From positions 1,047 to 65,046 of IMG/VR virus record IMGVR_UViG_3300002446_000114: a stretch of DNA of 64,000 nt, one strand, 5' to 3'. Every line of letters starts with the position of its first letter. The first letter of the stretch is position 1. The DNA is from a virus. Shown here piece after piece: positions 56,808 to 64,000 of this stretch. Under the pieces are notes generated by a model, which ran no database searches, had not been told where the DNA came from, and saw only the letters and a program-made list of their open reading frames with translations. A program made the translations under genes and the position numbers.

Positions 56808-58724
56808 ATGGAGCTTGGCGCGCTTAATCTGTCAAAATTTGTGACTTGGGATAAGTATGCAAAGTACCTTCCTCATGAAAACAGAAAAGAAACCTGGGAT
56901 GAGACTTGCGATCGTGTTCGAGATGGTTTTCTGACAAAGTATGGTCACATCAGCGAGGAATTCTCAGCGGAGATTGTTAAGAATTGCGAGTACATTCGAC
57001 GTAAAGAGGTTTTCGGATCGATGCGGTTTCTTCAGTTCGGAGGTGTCGCTGTTGAAGCCAATAACGCCAGGACATTTAACTGTTCTTTTCAACCAGTCGA
57101 CGCTATCGACGCATTCTCAGAGAATCTATTTCTCCTTCTTTCAGGGTGCGGAGTAGGTTACAGTGTTGAACATCATCACATCAACAAGCTACCGCCTCTC
57201 ATGCTTAGTGACACCACTCAAGCCTATGCGATTGAGGACACTATTGAAGGTTGGGCGGACTCTGCTTATGTGCTCATCTCAAGTTATTTAGGCGGGACTT
57301 CACCTCGCCCTATTTTTGATTACAGTAAAATTCGTCAGAAGAATTCTCTGCTGATGACAACAGGTGGACTCGCACCTGGACCAGAGCCTCTTAAGAAAGC
57401 CCTTGAACAGATTGAAGATCTACTCAAGAGAGCAGTCAGATCGTATCAGAAAAGACTTACATCGTTGGATTGCCACGACATCATGTGCTTCCTGGCAGAC
57501 GCGGTCATGGCTGGTGGTATCAGGCGAGCTGCGATGATTGCCTTGTTCGACCTCGATGATGAGTTGATGCTTCATTGTAAGGATCCAGAAAATTACGTTT
57601 CGTGGGGTGACAACAAGATTAACTCTCAGCGGGGTCGGTCAAACAATTCAGCTGTTGTTTACACTTATGAACTTGAAGATCCTGAGAACTATAAGAAGTT
57701 CGTCAAGCTCATGAAGATCTGTCAGCTTTCAGGTGTTGGTGAGCCTGGTATCATTTTTTCAGCAGATCCTCACAAGCAAAGTGGATTCAATCCATGCGTT
57801 GAAGCGTTTCTGATGAGTAATACTTTCTGCAACCTCACAACCATTGTGGCTACGCACGTCACCGATCAAGATAAGTTCAATGAACTTGTGAAGGTAGCTG
57901 CTTTCCTTGGCACACTTCAGGCTGGGTTTACATCGAACCTTTCTAACTACCTGCGAAGGGTTTGGAAGATTGCTACCGAGCGAGATTCTCTTATTGGTGT
58001 TAGCATCACTGGTATCGCTTATGGTAATCTGGATAATCTGAACAAGAGCGAGGCTGCCAGGTGTGTGCTTCAGGAAAACGAGCGTGTTGCTAGAATCATT
58101 GGAATTAACCCAGCGGCTCGCACCACATTGTTGAAGCCGGAGGGCTCAGCTACTCTAGCAGCAGGTCTAGGTGACTGTCCAGGGATTCACGCTGGCAATG
58201 GAGAGTACCTCAAGCGTCGATGCGGTGTGCCTAAGTCTTCTGAGGTGGCTGGGCACATAAGGGGATATCATCCTGAGATGTATGAGGACTCTGTTTACAA
58301 TGACAACGATGCCTTCCTGGTGTTTCCTCTCAAGAATGGGAAGGACACTCTTACACAAGACAAGGAAGACGCGATTGGTTTCTTGACTCGAGTTTTGGAC
58401 TATGCCATCAACTGGATTCAACCAGGTCATCGACGTGGGTATAACACTCATAATGTCTCGGCAACCTGTCGAGTGAATGAGCACGAGTGGGATGACGTCA
58501 TTGAGTTTGTCTGGAAGAATCGATTTAACCTGTCTGGTTTATCTTTCTTCCCTGCCATGAATAACTCTGCTTTTCCTCAGCTGATCTATGAGGTCATCAC
58601 CAAGGAAGAATACGAAGAGTTTTCAGCAAAAATGACCGAGATTTTTCCTGAGACTATTTGGTTGAACCATGGGTTTAATGTGGCCCAGGAGCCTGCGTGT
58701 GCGGGGGGAGCCTGTGAGATCTGA
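56808..58724 (+). CDS. nrdJ: Class II (adenosylcobalamin-dependent) ribonucleotide reductase
   Basis: FNCSF, GFNPCVE, FCNLT, TLLKPEGS, C-terminal CAGGACEI; no beta-subunit gene adjacent. Confidence 0.93.
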   Translation: MELGALNLSKFVTWDKYAKYLPHENRKETWDETCDRVRDGFLTKYGHISEEFSAEIVKNCEYIRRKEVFGSMRFLQFGGVAVEANNARTFNCSFQPVDAIDAFSENLFLLLSGCGVGYSVEHHHINKLPPLMLSDTTQAYAIEDTIEGWADSAYVLISSYLGGTSPRPIFDYSKIRQKNSLLMTTGGLAPGPEPLKKALEQIEDLLKRAVRSYQKRLTSLDCHDIMCFLADAVMAGGIRRAAMIALFDLDDELMLHCKDPENYVSWGDNKINSQRGRSNNSAVVYTYELEDPENYKKFVKLMKICQLSGVGEPGIIFSADPHKQSGFNPCVEAFLMSNTFCNLTTIVATHVTDQDKFNELVKVAAFLGTLQAGFTSNLSNYLRRVWKIATERDSLIGVSITGIAYGNLDNLNKSEAARCVLQENERVARIIGINPAARTTLLKPEGSATLAAGLGDCPGIHAGNGEYLKRRCGVPKSSEVAGHIRGYHPEMYEDSVYNDNDAFLVFPLKNGKDTLTQDKEDAIGFLTRVLDYAINWIQPGHRRGYNTHNVSATCRVNEHEWDDVIEFVWKNRFNLSGLSFFPAMNNSAFPQLIYEVITKEEYEEFSAKMTEIFPETIWLNHGFNVAQEPACAGGACEI

Positions 58725-58725
58725 T

Positions 58726-59724
58726 ATGTTTTCATGGCCAGGAACTCCAAAGGAGCCAACGGCGTTTGATTTTTCAAACGAACCTCCAGTTCATTCCTTT
58801 AACTGCATTAAACCAATTCGTCAGATCATGATGGATTCGACGCCACATGTAGTTCGCAAGGACGGCAGGACTGTACCTAAGTTTGATAATCTGTACGTGC
58901 CTATGGCTTACTCAGGAGATCCTTTCTGGCGAATGGGGTGTAAGAATGGTTTTTTGAATCACTCTTACACCCCATTCATTGCGATGCTCTACACAATCAA
59001 GTGTCAGTCCGATTGGCTGATGTCTGAACTAAGCGGAATGATTGTTACAAAGGAAGACTTTGTTCAAATCCGAATGGAGTTTAACGACTTGTTTTCAAAG
59101 TTGAGAGAGAACAGGGGGGCAGGTCGACATGGCTCTGCCTCCGAGGATGAGTTCTTTCGACTTGGCTACCTCTTTTTTGTGCTGGCAGAGACCAGCGACT
59201 CCTCATTGGGTTTGATGATTTCAGCCTTCGGTGAGTTTAATAATCCATGGATAGGATCTGACTCCTATTCTTTTTCAGCTTTGAAAATTAGTACTATCCG
59301 GCACTGGTCATTGAAGCTGCAAGATGTAGTCTTGTCGGACCTAAACTGGAAAGCATTTTACTTTAGACATTTGGGTAAGAGCGACGATCACTCTTTCTGG
59401 TTCTTTAACTTCCCGACACTGGATCCATTTACTTTTAATCACATGATGGAAGCAAAGACCGACGACTTCTTTGAGTTTGTTTTAAGTTACCTTAAGACAC
59501 TCAGCTCGAGAGGGGTCAGGACAATGATTACGGTCCCAGCCTCTACTCAGCGAATGACAGATATATTTAAAAGACTTGATCTTGCGCCATCAGATAATTT
59601 CATGCGCAACAACGACATCATTGTACAGCCTGTTGAGACAATAGACTGTGTTGAATCGTTTAGATTGATTATCACGAATTACTTTCCGTCACACAATAAA
59701 GCGTTTGAAATGGTGGCTAAATGA
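58726..59724 (+). CDS. Dam/D12-family adenine methyltransferase homologue with degenerate catalytic motifs
   Basis: Colinear with E. coli/T4 Dam as recalled: IRMEFN, FRLGYLFFVL, GEFNNPW, LKTLSSRGV, LIITNY. Motif I reads VPMAYSGDPF and motif IV reads NFPT instead of DPPY. Confidence 0.7.
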   Translation: MFSWPGTPKEPTAFDFSNEPPVHSFNCIKPIRQIMMDSTPHVVRKDGRTVPKFDNLYVPMAYSGDPFWRMGCKNGFLNHSYTPFIAMLYTIKCQSDWLMSELSGMIVTKEDFVQIRMEFNDLFSKLRENRGAGRHGSASEDEFFRLGYLFFVLAETSDSSLGLMISAFGEFNNPWIGSDSYSFSALKISTIRHWSLKLQDVVLSDLNWKAFYFRHLGKSDDHSFWFFNFPTLDPFTFNHMMEAKTDDFFEFVLSYLKTLSSRGVRTMITVPASTQRMTDIFKRLDLAPSDNFMRNNDIIVQPVETIDCVESFRLIITNYFPSHNKAFEMVAK

Positions 59725-60341
59725 GATTGCCAGTAAGGGAGTGCACTTCAACTTTTGACTTCACCGACTTGTCCTCAGAGCAGATGGCATGGGCAGCGAA
59801 CAACTGGTTTGGTGAGTACAAAATTCTTCTCATCATGGGGCTTGCTAAATCAGGTAAGACTACTTTGATGTCGGCCATTGAACCTATCGATGCAATGAGG
59901 ATCATGGGTAAGTGGAGCAGATCTACTGTCATAAATATGCTTGGAAAATATGAGCCGAAATACAATGGTCCGATGCAGAGATTAGAAGATGAATTATTTG
60001 CTGACTTTATCCGAAAGGATTGGTCAGTTTTGTGCATCGAATCCTTTGGTCGCAAGCTTTCAGATCGTAAACGAATCCTCAAAATCGCCAGTGCCTTTCC
60101 ATGTGCAGTCGTTGTTCTCGATGGTCAACCAACCTGGTTAGCGAACAGATTAAAGACGTCAATAAATGCTGGAGATAATAGCTGGGGAATGTTGGATTCA
60201 GAAGTGTCCTTGTGGATGCGTGACCAGTGGTTCTCAACCTCATGGCCCACATTCGAAGAGGGATGGAAGTCTATTTTTTACGTCAATACTTTTGGCGAAG
60301 CAGGTAATGATTGGTTGAGACTGACAACAAAAAATGTTTAA
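59721..60341 (+). CDS. P-loop kinase (AAA_33 / polynucleotide-kinase-like)
   Basis: IMGLAKSGKTT, RKRIL, C-terminal PTFEEGW. Confidence 0.75.
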   Translation: MRLPVRECTSTFDFTDLSSEQMAWAANNWFGEYKILLIMGLAKSGKTTLMSAIEPIDAMRIMGKWSRSTVINMLGKYEPKYNGPMQRLEDELFADFIRKDWSVLCIESFGRKLSDRKRILKIASAFPCAVVVLDGQPTWLANRLKTSINAGDNSWGMLDSEVSLWMRDQWFSTSWPTFEEGWKSIFYVNTFGEAGNDWLRLTTKNV

Positions 60342-60577
60342 CAAAACGTCAGCGACTAGTACTGATCAAGGACGTTGTTTTTCTAATCCTTCTCCTTCAT
60401 GCTGGCAGCTATCTGATGTACACGACGGTACACACCATTGTATCTGATCTGCACAGTAGAAAACGGTGGAGTGAGTTTGATTATTTTGAACTAGAAGAAA
60501 TGGTTCGAGCTCTGTCTGGAGAGCGACTCGGTATGTGGAAGATAAAGGTTCAGGGATCTTACCTGATGTTAAGTTAA
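60311..60577 (+). CDS. Small hypothetical protein
   Basis: 88-aa ORF filling the kinase-dUTPase gap; start uncertain. Confidence 0.4.
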   Translation: MVETDNKKCLTKRQRLVLIKDVVFLILLLHAGSYLMYTTVHTIVSDLHSRKRWSEFDYFELEEMVRALSGERLGMWKIKVQGSYLMLS

Positions 60578-60582
60578 CTTAA
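60569..60582. promoter_or_regulatory. 14-bp motif copy TTAAGTTAACTTAA (perfect palindrome), overlapping the dUTPase RBS
   Basis: Exact match; its last bases begin AAGGAG. Confidence 0.8.
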
Positions 60583-60591
60583 GGAGTTAGT

Positions 60592-61074
60592 ATGTCACGA
60601 GATAAAGTTATTTGTTACACCAACGATGATCTTCTTGTTCCTATTTGTAAAACAGCTAAGTCAGCTGGTTACGACATCAAGGTTCCAAAGGACGTTTATG
60701 TCACAAGAAAGATTGGCGAAGTAAGGGTGGACACCGAAATTGTTTTGGATGGATCTGGTATCGAAGAGGACTTTCTGATCTTGTTGGCTCCAAGGAGTGG
60801 CCTGTCAGACCGACTTGATATTCGACTCAAGAATACAGTTGGCATTATTGACAAAGATTTTGTTGGTCCGACCGACAAGATGTGTGCTGTCATTAAGATG
60901 CCGTTCCTCTTGTGGTTCAAGCATTTTATTTTCAGGAAACCAATCTTCAAGAGAGGAGATCGTTTGTGTCAGATTTCTTTTTTGAAGATCCTGAAACCTG
61001 ACATGGAGCAACAGTATGTTGACACTAATAAGAACGACAACCGAGGTGGCTTTGGCTCTACAGGGATCAGATGA
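60592..61074 (+). CDS. dut: Trimeric dUTPase
   Basis: Five motifs: AGYDI, PRSGL, GIIDKDFVG, GDRLCQ, RGGFGSTG. Confidence 0.95.
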   Translation: MSRDKVICYTNDDLLVPICKTAKSAGYDIKVPKDVYVTRKIGEVRVDTEIVLDGSGIEEDFLILLAPRSGLSDRLDIRLKNTVGIIDKDFVGPTDKMCAVIKMPFLLWFKHFIFRKPIFKRGDRLCQISFLKILKPDMEQQYVDTNKNDNRGGFGSTGIR

Positions 61075-61439
61075 TGCTAGGAATGATAAACACACCAGCC
61101 AGGGTAAGCCGAATTGAGTCCTTTTCAATATCATTTAGCCTTGCACCAGTTCATTCTGTTCACCGCCTTGTAGTCAAGATGTCAGACTCGATATCAGTTG
61201 ATATCCTGGACTGGTTAGATTTCTTTGTGAGCATTGAAGAGAGATTTGAGTCTGGTGAGCGACATGGTTTTCTTGATATGATAACTGATGAGATCCAGAC
61301 AGCTTTGTTAATGGGTAAGATTTTCTTCGCAGATGAAGAAGATGATTTCAACGTCGAACTCCGGTGTGCCGATAACATTGTTGTGAGCTGCAACCTCGAA
61401 GAGAAGTGTCTTGATTTTTATGAACTTCAGGCTGACTAG
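61071..61439 (+). CDS. Acidic hypothetical protein
   Basis: 122-aa ORF coupled to dUTPase by an ATGA overlap. Confidence 0.55.
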   Translation: MMLGMINTPARVSRIESFSISFSLAPVHSVHRLVVKMSDSISVDILDWLDFFVSIEERFESGERHGFLDMITDEIQTALLMGKIFFADEEDDFNVELRCADNIVVSCNLEEKCLDFYELQAD

Positions 61440-61449
61440 GTCAATTCTC

Positions 61450-61463
61450 TTAACCTAACTAAA
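61450..61463. promoter_or_regulatory. 14-bp motif copy TTAACCTAACTAAA, upstream of the DUF3310 gene
   Basis: One mismatch; intergenic. Confidence 0.65.
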
Positions 61464-61478
61464 TAAAAGGAGCACATT

Positions 61479-61892
61479 GTGTCTAGCTTTGATAATGTAA
61501 ATAAACCAACTCATTACCATGCCGGTAAAAGAATCGACTCCGACGGTCGAGCTTACTACGAGCCCGTGAAGGTCATTGCACGAAGATGCCCCGACATCTC
61601 TATCTATTGGGGGTGCTACTTCAATGTGATCAAATACCTGATGCGCTGTGACAATAAGGGTCAGATGACTGATGATATTAAGAAAGCCATCTGGTACATC
61701 AAAAAGATTCAAGAGGTCGCTGTAAAAATATCTCCAGCCCTCAGAGGAACTCCGACTCAGGATGAGGCTATTGAGCACATCTCTGAAGCCGCTGATGATT
61801 TTTCACTCAATCAAGATATCAAAAAAGCATTGGTCTTGTTCGAGCTCTATCGCTACCAAGAAGCAGTTGAAGTTCTGGAAACCTTGGTTTAG
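61479..61892 (+). CDS. DUF3310-family protein
   Basis: DNVNKPTHY...NVIKYLMRC..KG...DIKKAIWYI is the DUF3310 signature. Confidence 0.85.
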   Translation: MSSFDNVNKPTHYHAGKRIDSDGRAYYEPVKVIARRCPDISIYWGCYFNVIKYLMRCDNKGQMTDDIKKAIWYIKKIQEVAVKISPALRGTPTQDEAIEHISEAADDFSLNQDIKKALVLFELYRYQEAVEVLETLV

Positions 61893-61926
61893 TTTGTTTG
61901 ATATTAGACCTTGAGGTAAACTCATC

Positions 61927-63027
61927 ATGGCCAGACCAACTATCTACCCACAGCTATACGGCAGCGTTTTAGATACCACCGACAATAAGGTGAGTGTGTC
62001 TGCCAACGACGCCTCATCCGGCTATCTACTTGACAAGCTTGAAGCGGGTACGAACATTACTCTTACTGAGACAAATGATGGCCTGACTGAGACCGTTGTT
62101 ATCTCGTGTGACCTGGTCCAGTCACCTCCAGTAACAGTATCAGCTACAGAGCCACTTGATCCCACTGATGGCGACTTGTGGTGGGACACTTCTACTCTTG
62201 GTCTTTTTGTTTTTGATACGACATGGCAACCAACTCAGGCCGAGGCTGGAACTTCAGTTGTTGTCTCTGCTACCGAGCCTCTCGATCCAGTGGAGGGAGA
62301 CCTTTGGTGGAACACGGTCAGTCAGTCTCTGTTTGTTTTCAACACTGAGTGGGTAGAGGTTGGCGGGACAGGTGGCGGAGGAGCAAGTGTTTTAGTTAGC
62401 TTAACACCTCCGGTCGATCCCGTTGAGGGAGATCTCTGGTGGGATACTGATTCAGGTAACTTGTTCGTATGGTATGACGATGGCGACTCTCAGCAGTGGG
62501 TCATCGCTATTCAGGTGACAGACGGGCAGAGCATTGTTCCAGTTGCTGATTACATCAGCTACACAAGCGGACCCCAAACCTTTACCATCAGTGACATCCC
62601 ATACAATAGCTACCTAGCTGTTTACATCAATGGGGCCAGGGTAAATAGCTCGCAGTGGACTCTATCTGGGGATCAAGTGACAATACTGACCACACTTGAT
62701 CCAGGCGATGAGGTCGCCTTTGATTTTTTTACACTGGCATCGGGGTCTAACTACGTCCCCACAACTTTCGCCAGTGTGAATGATCTGATGGTCGCTTCGC
62801 AATCTGGGTTAGCTCCAGGGTTTTATCAGGTTGGTGAGCAAATTTCATACTGGGATGGTATCTCTTTTGATCCCTACGTTGAGCAGGCTCCACTGGCGTC
62901 CTTTGGTGCCGTAGTTAATCAGAGCTACTCTGTCGTTGATAGTTACGCTTCACCATTAACTGATTTGGCGTTCTCCGAGTATAATGGGTCTAACATGGAC
63001 ACTGGCACAATCTGGACAACACTATGA
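61927..63027 (+). CDS. Virion structural/fibre-associated protein with three SATEP..P..GDLWW repeats
   Basis: Three repeats at about 62130-62510, typical of phage fibre proteins; GTGGGG linker. Confidence 0.7.
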   Translation: MARPTIYPQLYGSVLDTTDNKVSVSANDASSGYLLDKLEAGTNITLTETNDGLTETVVISCDLVQSPPVTVSATEPLDPTDGDLWWDTSTLGLFVFDTTWQPTQAEAGTSVVVSATEPLDPVEGDLWWNTVSQSLFVFNTEWVEVGGTGGGGASVLVSLTPPVDPVEGDLWWDTDSGNLFVWYDDGDSQQWVIAIQVTDGQSIVPVADYISYTSGPQTFTISDIPYNSYLAVYINGARVNSSQWTLSGDQVTILTTLDPGDEVAFDFFTLASGSNYVPTTFASVNDLMVASQSGLAPGFYQVGEQISYWDGISFDPYVEQAPLASFGAVVNQSYSVVDSYASPLTDLAFSEYNGSNMDTGTIWTTL

Positions 63028-63926
63028 CTCTAGTCCCAACTATCACACAGATTACTCCAGCGACGTGGAGTGCGAACGACATTATTGCTGCAATCAGTAC
63101 GCATTTTAATGGCGTGTCCACTCGTTTTACCAGGCAGTATTCAGGAACTGATGCTATGGTGATTCGTTCCGATCTTGACACTGTTCCTCAGTATTCATTG
63201 AGGGCTACCAGTTCCTCAGTAATTACTATGGAGATTGAGCCTAGCGGCTCCCTTAGCGACGCGGGTAATACGTCAACAAGGCCAGCTGGGGCCAGCGCAG
63301 ATAATTCTGGAACTAGACCATTTACCATAGGCTCTCTTTCTGGATCTTCCAAACTATGGGTGGTCGAGTTACTCGATGCCTTTTTCCTGTTTTTCACGTC
63401 TTCTACCGGAACAACGTGGCAGCCTGGTTTACACATGGGTCGCGTTTATGTCCCTGATTTTCCAGACATTGATGAGCCCCTTGGTCGCGATGGCCTTGGG
63501 ATGTTGTATGGTGTTATGAATGCAGGGAATAGTACAGGCAGCTATCTTATTTTGTATCAGAATAATACATATCCAGATACGGATTATGGGCTTGTTCACG
63601 ATGGAACTAATCGGTGGAACCCACCTTCCATTGATAATACGACCTCGGCAATAGGCAGCTATTCAACCGGCGACAATATCACGTATCAGCCTTATCTTCG
63701 GCCATACATGTATAGAGCAATGATACTTTCACAGGCTGGGGTTGGAGCTCCCTCATTAAGTATAGGTCGGTTTAAGTATATTTTTAGGACTGGATCTGCA
63801 AGAACACCACTGACGCGAATCGATCTTAATAATTCAACGGATCTGGCGTTCATCCATGCTGGTGAAAATGGGGGTGTAGGAACACAAGTTACTGTATTTC
63901 CCTGGCTTCGTGGAGTCGTTCCTTAA
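63024..63926 (+). CDS. Probable virion structural protein
   Basis: Ser/Thr/Gly-rich 300-aa ORF coupled to the previous gene. Confidence 0.5.
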   Translation: MTLVPTITQITPATWSANDIIAAISTHFNGVSTRFTRQYSGTDAMVIRSDLDTVPQYSLRATSSSVITMEIEPSGSLSDAGNTSTRPAGASADNSGTRPFTIGSLSGSSKLWVVELLDAFFLFFTSSTGTTWQPGLHMGRVYVPDFPDIDEPLGRDGLGMLYGVMNAGNSTGSYLILYQNNTYPDTDYGLVHDGTNRWNPPSIDNTTSAIGSYSTGDNITYQPYLRPYMYRAMILSQAGVGAPSLSIGRFKYIFRTGSARTPLTRIDLNNSTDLAFIHAGENGGVGTQVTVFPWLRGVVP

Positions 63927-63935
63927 GGATTCAGT

Positions 63936-64000
63936 ATGCCACTTAATTTTCCAAATAACCCAAGTATAGGCGTACCGTACACCATCAATGGCAGGCGCTA
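63936..64000 (+). CDS. 5' end of a probable virion/fibre protein (truncated by window)
   Basis: MPLNFPNNPSIGVPYTINGR matches the M.LNFP..P..G..YT.NG N-terminus of phage fibre-associated proteins. Confidence 0.55.
   Translation, partial: MPLNFPNNPSIGVPYTINGRR

Larger units (their letters stand above)
2911..62404. repeat. Dispersed intragenic copies of the 14-bp motif (17 sites)
   Basis: Starts of exact matches: 17201, 28927, 31546, 34435, 51887, 56233, 62391. Starts of one-mismatch copies: 2911, 9609, 19331, 24093, 27903, 36845, 42190, 44116, 52899, 59482. Confidence 0.85.

Noticed and set aside
40950-58724. Inteins or introns in helicase, DnaE, RecA or RNR
   Set aside because: Protein lengths are ordinary, and no C-terminal HN-C/S/T splice junctions or LAGLIDADG motifs were seen.
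1-64000. Frequent GATC/CGATCG as a cyanobacterial HIP1 signature
   Set aside because: No full GCGATCGC octamer was noticed, and the enrichment was not quantified.
1-64000. Alternative genetic code, tRNA genes, integrase or transposase
   Set aside because: Genes are full length under the standard code, and no tRNA consensus, tyrosine/serine recombinase or DDE transposase motifs were recognised.

Overview
This 64 kb window is part of a large tailed dsDNA bacteriophage (Caudoviricetes, siphovirus-type tail with no sheath gene). All credible genes are on the + strand and densely packed. The order is: 3' part of terminase large subunit; Mu-like portal and prohead protease with a probable nested scaffold; head decoration protein and lambda gpE-like major capsid; holin/spanin-like membrane genes with no endolysin; neck genes; a 609-aa tail tube; an HExxH protein; two paralogous tail chaperones; a 4302-aa tape measure protein; three very large tail-tip proteins; replication genes (DnaC-like, DnaB, primase, DnaE); recombination genes (SSB-like, RecA, SbcD, KH protein, SbcC, RuvC); nucleotide metabolism (class II RNR, degenerate Dam-like protein, P-loop kinase, dUTPase, DUF3310); and the start of a second virion-protein cluster. 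No integrase, tRNA, CRISPR array, IS element or reverse transcriptase was seen. The most striking unexplained signal is a 14-bp quasi-palindrome, TTAAGYTARCTTAA (one outer arm may read TAAA/TTTA). By eye I found 26 copies (14 exact, 12 with one mismatch), spaced about every 2.4 kb across the window. They lie both at gene junctions and inside genes in all three reading frames, which suggests a genome-wide protein-binding-site system. Product calls come from recalled family motifs; no database searches were run.
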